Assembly: GCA_020350825.1 (NCBI GenBank)
Contig: CP070724.1
Location: 1,185,602-1,249,601 of the forward strand
Source: Thermoplasmatales archaeon
GTDB lineage: Archaea > Thermoplasmatota > E2 > DHVEG-1
Reading direction: 5' to 3'
DNA: 64,000 bases
The notes beneath the pieces were generated by a model. The model saw only the letters and a list, made by a program, of their open reading frames with translations, did not search any database and had not been told where the DNA came from. Both the position numbers and the translations under genes were made by a program. Below are positions 40,038-48,657 of the stretch, piece by piece; within the stretch, counting starts at the first letter, position 1; each line of letters starts with the position of its first letter.

Positions 40038-41863
40038 TTCAATGCCTCCAGTTCTTTGACACGCTCCTTTCTAACCTGTCCATCCTCATCCCATCCACGA
40101 AGTTTGTAATATCTAGAAAGAAGATTGTTGAATTCTTTTCTGTCGATGTGATGTCCTTTTGCTACTTTTAGAGGCATTGGTCGGTCAAAATATCGTTTTG
40201 GTAGGGTATCATCTTTCCTTGATATTCCCTCACGATTGTTGAACATTCTCTCGATATCTATGACTCTTTTTCCAATTTCTTGTATATCTTTTTCTTTAAA
40301 ATGCCAGTCTGAAGCGCAGTAAATGAGTTTCTTCATCCATGTATAATCTACGAAATGAGGGCTGTTGAAGCCATGACATATGAACTTACAAATGCCGAGA
40401 CAATCTATTGTAGCGAAGATGTTGTCTGAGAAGTAAACAGTTTTCTCCTTTGTCTCATAGGATGTTGGGTCGTTAGGTACACCTTTACCATATATCCGCT
40501 CTCTGACTTCTTGTGGTAGGCGGAGAAATATCTCAAGAGTTGGTCTACTTCTAAGGTGATCTGCACCCCGTGAAGAGGTAGCTATACCAAGTGCGAACGC
40601 TTTTATGTATCTACAATCGTGTGGGTCGCTTTGTGGCAGTCCTTTAATAGCGATGAGGTAATCTTCTGATTTTTTGCTAAATCGTTCGACATTTTTTGTG
40701 CTTTCTGCTAAAATATTTCCGAAATCTTCTCTTCGTGATATTTTATAGAGTAATCTTTTTACTAGCTCGAAATCTCCAAAACGAAGCTCTTCTCCTACCA
40801 TCTTTTTATTAATAATGCCCTTCTCATACAATTCAAATGCCCAACCAAGGATAGTTCCGGATGAGGATATATCTAGCCCAAGCTCGTTGCATATATTATT
40901 AAGTTCGATGACATGAGCTGGATCTATTATACCAAGGTTTGCACCTAGGAGACCAACAGCTGTATACTCAGGGCCTTCTCCACCAAGTTTGTTTCTATGG
41001 CGACAGTGAATAATACACGATGAGCAACCAATCATTTTATCTACAAAGGTTTCCACAACATCAGCATTTAAAGATTCTGACCATGCGTTAAGCTGGCTAT
41101 TCTTTGTTCTAATAGCGCCGAGTGTATTGCTGACCTCATAAAGAAATGGAGTGCCTACCGAACCTAGGATGGAAGAAACCTTTGAATTCATAATATATTC
41201 TTTAAGCTCCTCAACGATTTCGAGCATTTTCTCAGGATGGGCTATATTGATACCTTGTGTACCTCTTGCAACAACTGCCTTTAAATGCTTTGAACCCATA
41301 ACTGCGCCTAGACCGCATCGTCCAGCAGCATTCTTCACCCCGGTTCTGACACATGCGAATCTGACAAGGTTCTCACCAGCAACACCACATACCGCAGCCT
41401 CTACCTGTCCTAGATCTTTTTTAAGGGTTTGTTGCACCTCTGTTGTATCCATTCCCCAATAGTCTTTCGCGTCTTTAATCTCGATTATGCCATCTGTTAT
41501 ATATAGGTAGGTTGGCTTCTTTGCTTTACCTAGGATAATAACCCTGTCAAAACCTGCATACCTTAATTCAGCTGCAAAGTAACCACCACAGTTAGCATCT
41601 CCTAGAATACCTGTTTCAGGTGATTTTGCTGAAACATTAAAGCGACTAGAGTTTGGGACAAGAGTGCCAGTTAGGAATCCGGTTCCAAAGATGAGAACGT
41701 TATCTGGTGAAAATGGATCTATGCCTGTTTTTATCATCTTATAGAGGTAATAACTGTTAAGTCCCCTACCTCCGAGAAACAGTTTCTTTAAAGAATCAGG
41801 AGTTTTTTTAATAATAACTTTTTTTTTGGATAAATTGATGATACCAAGTTTTCTATTTAACAT
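40034..41863 (-). CDS. aor: Tungsten-containing aldehyde:ferredoxin oxidoreductase family protein
   Basis: LGGRG, KSPETG, GRCGLGAVMGSK.LKA, CSSCIIHC, PEY, RGADH, DDTLP.R, YY.LRGWD. Confidence 0.92.
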   Translation of the reverse strand: MLNRKLGIINLSKKKVIIKKTPDSLKKLFLGGRGLNSYYLYKMIKTGIDPFSPDNVLIFGTGFLTGTLVPNSSRFNVSAKSPETGILGDANCGGYFAAELRYAGFDRVIILGKAKKPTYLYITDGIIEIKDAKDYWGMDTTEVQQTLKKDLGQVEAAVCGVAGENLVRFACVRTGVKNAAGRCGLGAVMGSKHLKAVVARGTQGINIAHPEKMLEIVEELKEYIMNSKVSSILGSVGTPFLYEVSNTLGAIRTKNSQLNAWSESLNADVVETFVDKMIGCSSCIIHCRHRNKLGGEGPEYTAVGLLGANLGIIDPAHVIELNNICNELGLDISSSGTILGWAFELYEKGIINKKMVGEELRFGDFELVKRLLYKISRREDFGNILAESTKNVERFSKKSEDYLIAIKGLPQSDPHDCRYIKAFALGIATSSRGADHLRSRPTLEIFLRLPQEVRERIYGKGVPNDPTSYETKEKTVYFSDNIFATIDCLGICKFICHGFNSPHFVDYTWMKKLIYCASDWHFKEKDIQEIGKRVIDIERMFNNREGISRKDDTLPKRYFDRPMPLKVAKGHHIDRKEFNNLLSRYYKLRGWDEDGQVRKERVKELEALK

Positions 41864-41926
41864 CAAATCGCCAGATATAAATTAACTCAGAATATCTTCC
41901 CAGTATTATAAGTTTCTAGTGGATTT

Positions 41927-43213
41927 TTATTTTAATCCCTGTACTTCTTTATAACCGTGGATATCTAGAAAACCATGTCCGCTGACATTAAATGCAATTA
42001 CCTTTTTTTCACCTGTTCTCTTACATTTCATAGCCTCATCCATTGCACAGGCTACGCTATATGCTGACTCTGGGGCAGGAATCCACCCCTCAGTTTGCAT
42101 GAATGTCATTGCTCTTTCAAAAACGTATTTTTCATCAATAGGGTATGCTATTGTGTCAATGTATCCGTGCTTTCGGAGAAGGCTGAGTATAGGGGAGCAT
42201 CCATGGTATCGAAGTCCATCTCCTATTATTGGTTTAAAATCTGTTTGGTGTCCAAGTGTATACATCTTAAGCTGAGGAGTTATTTCTGCGTGATCAGCAT
42301 AATCATATTTGTATTTTCCTTGTAAGTTGGGTGCTGATTGAGATTGAGCTGCGATAAAACGTATTTGTTTATCTTTGGTTAAAATATCTCCAACAAAGGG
42401 AAGAACAAAACCACCGAAATTACTTCCACCACCCAAACAAGAGATCATAATATCTGGATACATGTCTATTTTCTCAAATTGTTTTTGTGTTTCTAATCCA
42501 ATGATTGTTTGATGCATAAGCACATGATTAAGTACAGAACCAAGGGTATATGCAGCATCGGAGTGATTCTGAGAATCTTCCAGGCCTTCTGATATGGCGA
42601 TGGAGAGAGAACCAGGATGCTTATTGTTTTTATTGTACAATTTTTTTCCTGCCTCAGTTTTATTACTAGGTGAGGCATAAACCTCTGCTCCTAACATTTG
42701 CATGAAAGCTCTTCTATCATGTTTCCAGTCATGTACCGCTCTTACCCAATAAACAGTACATTCTAACTCTGTTAAAGCACAAGCATATGCGAGAGCAGTA
42801 CCCCATTGACCTGCCCCTGTTTCAGTTGTAAGCCGTTTGATACCTTGTTTTTTTGCATAATAGGCTTGAGCTAGTGCTGTGTTTACTTTATGACTCCCAG
42901 TGGGACTAAAAAATTCACTTTTATAGAAGAGTTTCGCAGGTGTATTAAGTTTTTTTTCTAGATTAGATGCTCGAAATAAAGGCCTAGGTCTTCCTGCTTT
43001 CATATATATTTCTAAAAGCTCCTTGGGAATATCTATCCAGTTTTGATCTGAGAATTCTTGTTCTAAACAAGTCCCGATCATTAAATTTGGTAAGTTTTTA
43101 GCCTGTTCTCCTTTTGGTGGAGGTAAGGGCTCAAGATTATTTGCAAGATCAGGTTGTATATTATACCACTTTGTTGGAATTTCATTAGGTAAAAGATTTA
43201 CTTGTTTTTGCAT
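41927..43213 (-). CDS. trpB2: Tryptophan synthase beta chain 2 (TrpB2)
   Basis: IPTKWYNI, SPTGSHK.N, TTETGAGQWG, GSVLNHV..HQT, GGGSN, LRYHG, SGHG. Confidence 0.92.
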   Translation of the reverse strand: MQKQVNLLPNEIPTKWYNIQPDLANNLEPLPPPKGEQAKNLPNLMIGTCLEQEFSDQNWIDIPKELLEIYMKAGRPRPLFRASNLEKKLNTPAKLFYKSEFFSPTGSHKVNTALAQAYYAKKQGIKRLTTETGAGQWGTALAYACALTELECTVYWVRAVHDWKHDRRAFMQMLGAEVYASPSNKTEAGKKLYNKNNKHPGSLSIAISEGLEDSQNHSDAAYTLGSVLNHVLMHQTIIGLETQKQFEKIDMYPDIMISCLGGGSNFGGFVLPFVGDILTKDKQIRFIAAQSQSAPNLQGKYKYDYADHAEITPQLKMYTLGHQTDFKPIIGDGLRYHGCSPILSLLRKHGYIDTIAYPIDEKYVFERAMTFMQTEGWIPAPESAYSVACAMDEAMKCKRTGEKKVIAFNVSGHGFLDIHGYKEVQGLK

Positions 43214-43577
43214 ATTTTGTCCTCCCAAAAATGAGGGTTTTTCACATTCTACTCTCATTTCAAATCCCCCATAACATAAACTCTAATTTAAATATTCTGG
43301 AATTGTTAGCGAGAGGTTATAAAAGTATGGTATTAAAATGTTAACTATCATAAGAAATAAAATAGAAATACAAAGGAATCTATCAGACTGTATGATTTTA
43401 TCATCCAGATTTTGAACAAAGATAGTATGTATTTTGAATCTCTGTCTAAGTATTATAGATATATGGAAATGAATTCAGTACAATAAAATATTGTTACAAA
43501 TGTTGCAATAAATATATTTATAGGAAAAAATTTTAATATATCAAAAATATATTATTTATATCAAAGGGAGGTAAAAT

Positions 43578-44369
43578 ATGAAAAAAAAGATATTTATCGG
43601 AAGTGTTTTAATTACCGTATTAATTGTTTTAGCATCTTTTACTTCTGCGGTTAGTGCCGTGGACTTAAGTGATCAAAACAAGGTTACCATAACAACCACT
43701 CTATATCAATTCATTGACAAAAAGGAAATTTTAACTGAGGTAACTGAAGAAGAAGCATCAGATATTATGATTTATCTTGAAAAATTGCATGTTGCATTAG
43801 TTGAAGAAGATGAAAATTCGATTGTAAAATATGAAAACATACTCAGTGAAAAAGGGATATTTGGCGAAAATCACGAGATTTTCAGTAAAAAAAGCATTTT
43901 TGGTCTCCTTCCTGAGAGGTTTAGATCAATAATACCTAATACTTATATTTCTATTAGTAAAAACTTTGAGAAACCTTTTAGCACTTTGCATGCGGAAGGA
44001 CAAGGTAGATTAATGTTTCTCACTGAGGGTATAGGTCAATATTTTATGTTTGCTGGAGCGATAATGCTTCTTGTTAGTTTAATACTAGTCCCTTTGATAC
44101 CAATCGCTCTACTTCTTTTGTTCGGAGGTTTATTTATCCATGCCATTGGCTATCTTCTTGGTCATCTTATACCTGTTAGGATTCGTCATCCATGGCTTCA
44201 CATGGATCTTGTTGATGGAAACCTTACCGTTAATGCTACCGAGTATTCAGTTCCGCTCAACGCCACATTTACTCCTTTTGGCGGCATCGCAATTAATTTT
44301 CCAACCCTAGGAGGAGGAGACTCCTATTTATTTGTATCAGGTTATACAAATGAAATAAAATTTGAATGA
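43578..44369 (+). CDS. Secreted/membrane hypothetical protein
   Basis: Signal peptide KKIFIGSVLITVLIVLASFTSAVSA plus an internal hydrophobic hairpin; RBS GGGAGG. Confidence 0.75.
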   Translation: MKKKIFIGSVLITVLIVLASFTSAVSAVDLSDQNKVTITTTLYQFIDKKEILTEVTEEEASDIMIYLEKLHVALVEEDENSIVKYENILSEKGIFGENHEIFSKKSIFGLLPERFRSIIPNTYISISKNFEKPFSTLHAEGQGRLMFLTEGIGQYFMFAGAIMLLVSLILVPLIPIALLLLFGGLFIHAIGYLLGHLIPVRIRHPWLHMDLVDGNLTVNATEYSVPLNATFTPFGGIAINFPTLGGGDSYLFVSGYTNEIKFE

Positions 44370-44766
44370 AGATTTTACTATTCTCACCAACTTACCGTAT
44401 TTCTTTAACAACCATTTTTAAATATTATTCATTTGTTTAAGATGGATTATAGATTTTAAAATAGCAAAGTTTTTATAACCATGACAAAGAAATCCCTTTA
44501 GAATTTACATTTCATAAGATAAAAGGCTTTTACTAACCTTACAAAAAAAGAGACAAAATCAAGATAGATAGCCCTGAGATTATTTAAAGAAGATAAATGT
44601 ATAAATGAAAAACATGATAAATTAGTTAAAAAAGCAACTCAAAATAATAATATCTAAAACTGTGTTTTCGCTTGTCATAAATTTTCTGATAGAAAATAGG
44701 TGGTTTCTATGATAACACGACTATTTAAAGCATTAAAAAAGAAAGGATTAGGAGATAGAAAAATAA

Positions 44767-45015
44767 CTATTTTTTCTCTACTCCACCCCACTTGGTTATA
44801 TACAGAATACCGAGCACTGCAACTAGTGTTATAATAATTGCAACGAAGATACCTATACCCAAAGCGTTATAATCTGGGAAACCACCCTCTTGCCAGAATC
44901 CTGCCAATTTCATTGCACCTATTATTATGTCCTTCCAAATGAGAGCGATAATGAATCCGAAGGCACCTGCAATTGCTACGGCTATTGTGCTTTTTACCTC
45001 TTTTATAGTCACCAA
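44767..45015 (-). CDS. Small two-TM membrane protein (DUF5654-like)
   Basis: AFGFIIALIWKD motif and two hydrophobic helices. Confidence 0.75.
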   Translation of the reverse strand: MVTIKEVKSTIAVAIAGAFGFIIALIWKDIIIGAMKLAGFWQEGGFPDYNALGIGIFVAIIITLVAVLGILYITKWGGVEKK

Positions 45016-45298
45016 TTTTTTTTCACCTCCACCACATTTAAACTAGGATATTATAGTTTATTATTCTTATAACAATTTCGAAAAATATCAAATTCATAAT
45101 ATTTGCAAAAACTGTAGATAAGCTTTACTTCAAAACAAAAAACCGTGCTAATGATTATCCAAAAAATGGTCTTATAATATTATAAAATTAGATTTATGAA
45201 TATTAGATTCCTCTTATAGCACAAAATAACACATGTTAATGAAATATTTAAATATGAGTTACATTGATAGGGATATAGTCGATAGGGGATATAAAAAT

Positions 45299-46756
45299 AT
45301 GAAGATATATACCTATATAAAAAAACTAACATGTATATTTCTAATGACTATTTTGTTTGTTTCTATGGTTTCTGCTGTTCCATTAGATATTGATGGGGAT
45401 GATCTGGATCCTTTAGTTGATATTGAAGTTACAGTAGAAATCCAACAGATACGAGCGTTTGATAAGGATGATAAACAATTCGGTTTACTCCCTTGTTATC
45501 CAATATTTTTTAAAAGAGAGTATATAGATAAAAAAAGTGACCCGGATTTTTATGTAAAAGTTCTAATCAACAACGAAGAATCCACCAGTGATACTTGGCA
45601 TGATACAAAGTATATCTATGACCCGCAATTTTCAGCAACCGTGGATGTTCCTGATGATGAAGAATTTGTAACTGTAAAAATACAGTTATGGGACTGGAAC
45701 AATAATGTAGATGTCCTCTGTGATATTGGAGATGAAAATGATGATGTAGAAATAACTTACAGTATCAAAACTGGACACTGGACAGGAGATGATCAGCTTG
45801 ATGATCCAAGCGGTTATGGTCGGTTAAATGGTTGCGATGACAGAAGTATCTATAGAAGGGATCGGGATTGTGAACTTTGGTTTAACATTTATCAAAATGA
45901 TTACGATGGTGATGGAATTCCGTACTGGACAGAAGTTAACGATTATGGAACTGATCCTGAAGTAAATAACCTTGGTGATGATTCAGATAACGATGATATT
46001 CCAATTGAATGGGAATGGAAATGGGGATATGATCCTTTTGTATGGGACGATCATGCAGAACTTGATCCCGAAGGAGATAGTATCGATAACTTTGAAGAAT
46101 ATCTAACTTCAGAGTGGTTTTCTGATCCGTTTAGGAAGGATGTTTTTGTTGAATTAGATATTATGGATGAAGGTCCTAATGGTGAGAAAAGCTATTTCCC
46201 GGAGAATTCAGGAGAAATCATTCAGACTGCTTTTGATAGGCAAAACATCGTATTTCATCTAGATTATGGTAGTATGGGAGGTCATGATATTATCCCATTT
46301 GATGAGATGGTTAGACGTGGAGAGTTACATGAAATTTATTATGATTTTTTCCTGCATGGAGATGAGAATAATTGGCGTAGGGGTGTTTTTCATTATGGTG
46401 TGGTTGTTTACAGGTCGACAAGCGCAGCGGGTTATATATTTCGTGCTAATGCTTTTCAGATATCAAGTTTCGGTCATGAAAACATAGCATCAGAAAAATT
46501 CTGGGCAGATAAAGATACTGTATTTGGTAGTGCTTATATGCATGAGCTAGGTCATACCTTTGATTTTGATCCAATACCTGGACATAATCCAAGTCTTGGC
46601 TTATTTGAACACTTGATGAACAGACCATATAAAAGTTGTATGAACTACGGATACACGTATTATACAGTAGATTATTCTGATGGCACACGTATGTCACCAG
46701 ATTTAGATGATTGGAGCAGAATGGATCTTACATATTTTGAAAGAGAGTGGGGTTAG
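45299..46756 (+). CDS. Secreted acidic protein with Ca-binding-type repeats and C-terminal HEXXH zinc-metallopeptidase domain
   Basis: Signal peptide; C2-like PDFYV...IQLWD; DYDGDGIP, DSDNDDIP, DPEGDSIDN; MHELGH...SCMNY. Confidence 0.8.
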   Translation: MKIYTYIKKLTCIFLMTILFVSMVSAVPLDIDGDDLDPLVDIEVTVEIQQIRAFDKDDKQFGLLPCYPIFFKREYIDKKSDPDFYVKVLINNEESTSDTWHDTKYIYDPQFSATVDVPDDEEFVTVKIQLWDWNNNVDVLCDIGDENDDVEITYSIKTGHWTGDDQLDDPSGYGRLNGCDDRSIYRRDRDCELWFNIYQNDYDGDGIPYWTEVNDYGTDPEVNNLGDDSDNDDIPIEWEWKWGYDPFVWDDHAELDPEGDSIDNFEEYLTSEWFSDPFRKDVFVELDIMDEGPNGEKSYFPENSGEIIQTAFDRQNIVFHLDYGSMGGHDIIPFDEMVRRGELHEIYYDFFLHGDENNWRRGVFHYGVVVYRSTSAAGYIFRANAFQISSFGHENIASEKFWADKDTVFGSAYMHELGHTFDFDPIPGHNPSLGLFEHLMNRPYKSCMNYGYTYYTVDYSDGTRMSPDLDDWSRMDLTYFEREWG

Positions 46757-46800
46757 AGTTAAAATAAATTTCATCCTTTCTCTCTTGTTTTTTAACTACA

Positions 46801-47034
46801 TTATTTTTCAGTTCCAAAAGGAATAATAAAAATAGTAATTCCCCAGACAATTATAAATAATCCAATTGCACCTAAAACCGATGGCTTAGTTACGATAAAA
46901 TAACGTAATCCAAATATCATTACAATCAATCCAATTAAATGTACAGAAACTCGAACATAGACATTTTCACATGCGTTCAGTATTTTTTGATAAACAAACG
47001 TATAAAATAACGCTATAGCACCGCTTGTGACCAT
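46801..47034 (-). CDS. Small membrane protein
   Basis: 77-aa ORF with two to three hydrophobic segments. Confidence 0.5.
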   Translation of the reverse strand: MVTSGAIALFYTFVYQKILNACENVYVRVSVHLIGLIVMIFGLRYFIVTKPSVLGAIGLFIIVWGITIFIIPFGTEK

Positions 47035-47093
47035 CTATGAAAATTATTATTTGTGGCTATATAATTTTTTTCGTTCAAAATCCATTAGAGGGG

Positions 47094-47126
47094 AGCATTT
47101 GTATATTATATCTTCTATAAGAATAT
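47094..47126 (+). promoter_or_regulatory. Third copy of the secreted-protein promoter element
   Basis: agcatttgtatattatatcttctataagaatat matches the reverse complement of 23362-23394 at 29/33 positions and lies just before the RBS/ATG. Confidence 0.7.
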
Positions 47127-47141
47127 ATATAGGGGGAAATC

Positions 47142-47906
47142 ATGGAATGTAACCTCATTAAGAAGGGATTAGCAGTTGTTGTAATCCTCTTATTCATAGT
47201 GGTAGCTTTTGTTCCAAGTATCAATGCTAATAATGGCAGGTCATTAATAGATCGAGGAGAAGCTGAGGTTACAGTTTCTCATTATAACGAAGATGGCACA
47301 GTGGATAAAACCATTGTTAAACTTTCTAAAAAGAAAGCGTTGAAGCTCGCGAAACAACCCGAGTACATCAATGACCCTGAAAAGCGATTTTTGTTGTATA
47401 AAGAATACGGACTTATTCCAAAAAATGTCACCAGGGGACAACTGAGACAAAAGATGCTTAGTGTTGCAGAACAATTAGGTATAACAGGGGAAAAAATAGG
47501 TCCTATCTGTAACAAACCCAAAAATGAAAGAAATGGACCAGATAGATGGTTTGCAGTAAACTTTTTAAATGCGATCGATGGTGAATTTATTGCTAACTAT
47601 AATCTTCCTATGGGTTTATCCATGTTTACTGGCACATCAAACTATGGATTCAATGCTCTAGGTAGAGATTTGCTACCCTCTGTTGACCTCTTTTACGCCG
47701 CTTTTACCCCAATAGGATTCTACGAGTTTTGGGATGGCGAATTACCTGATTTTCATTTTCTTAGTTTGGGCGCTTTTCTCTTGGTGGGATTTGTAGGATA
47801 CGTTGTTTCTTCTCCATTATTTGGTCTATTTGGTTATATGGTTGGATATGCAGTCGCTAGTTTTGCATTCGGTCTTATATTTATGGGCCTTCCGTCTAGG
47901 AGATGA
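47142..47906 (+). CDS. Secreted/membrane hypothetical protein
   Basis: Signal peptide KKGLAVVVILLFIVVAFVPSINA; hydrophobic Gly/Phe-rich C-terminus. Confidence 0.75.
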   Translation: MECNLIKKGLAVVVILLFIVVAFVPSINANNGRSLIDRGEAEVTVSHYNEDGTVDKTIVKLSKKKALKLAKQPEYINDPEKRFLLYKEYGLIPKNVTRGQLRQKMLSVAEQLGITGEKIGPICNKPKNERNGPDRWFAVNFLNAIDGEFIANYNLPMGLSMFTGTSNYGFNALGRDLLPSVDLFYAAFTPIGFYEFWDGELPDFHFLSLGAFLLVGFVGYVVSSPLFGLFGYMVGYAVASFAFGLIFMGLPSRR

Positions 47907-48009
47907 TTCTAAAATCTCATTAATAAAGTAGATCAACATTTATGAAAGCTACAAGTTTTTTTCAGGTTTTTACAATGACCTTTAGTTTAGAAGTTATCTC
48001 ATCTATTCA

Positions 48010-48657
48010 TTAAGCCCTAACAAATGGATTGTGTCTCTTCTCTTCTCCTATAGTTGTTATAGGTCCATGGCCTGTATAGACTATGGTATCTTCTGGTAAG
48101 CTGTAGAGACGTGTTTTAATAGATTTTACCAAATCTTCAAATGAACCTTTTCGAAAATCCGACCTTCCAATATTGCCTTGGAAAAGCGTATCACCACCAA
48201 ATACCATATTGTTGTGTAGAAAGCTCACACCTCCAGGTGAATGACCCGGTGTTTGTATTACTTCTAATTTGTATTCTCCCACTTCTATTTTATCACCATC
48301 TTCAATAAATCGATCCGGTCTCGGTGGTTGCTCTATATTTATACCCCATCTCTGGGCAGTATCTTCTCCTTCTTCTATGAAAAAGAAATCGCCTTTATGA
48401 GCGAGGAATTCTGCATTAAGCTCTCTTTTAAGTGGTGTCACAGCTCCAACATGGTCAAAATGACCATGGGTCGCAAGAATGTAGTTTACCGTAATATCAA
48501 GTTCCTTAACTTTTTTCAATATAACGTCCGCATCATCACCAGGATCAATAATGACACCTTGCTTTACTCCTTCATCCCATACAATATAGCAGTTTGAAAA
48601 TAAGGGTCCAACAATTAACGGTTCTACTTGGAGCTTAGAAAAGGTCACCGAGATCAT
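48010..48657 (-). CDS. MBL-fold metallohydrolase (glyoxalase II/YcbL-like; BzdU-like position); start uncertain
   Basis: NCY, IDPG, THGHFDHVG, TPGHSPG, GDTLF, GHG. Confidence 0.88.
   Translation of the reverse strand: MISVTFSKLQVEPLIVGPLFSNCYIVWDEGVKQGVIIDPGDDADVILKKVKELDITVNYILATHGHFDHVGAVTPLKRELNAEFLAHKGDFFFIEEGEDTAQRWGINIEQPPRPDRFIEDGDKIEVGEYKLEVIQTPGHSPGGVSFLHNNMVFGGDTLFQGNIGRSDFRKGSFEDLVKSIKTRLYSLPEDTIVYTGHGPITTIGEEKRHNPFVRA

Noticed and set aside
44481-44657. Possible decayed gene in the AT-rich intergenic region
   Set aside because: Several stops and no recognisable homology
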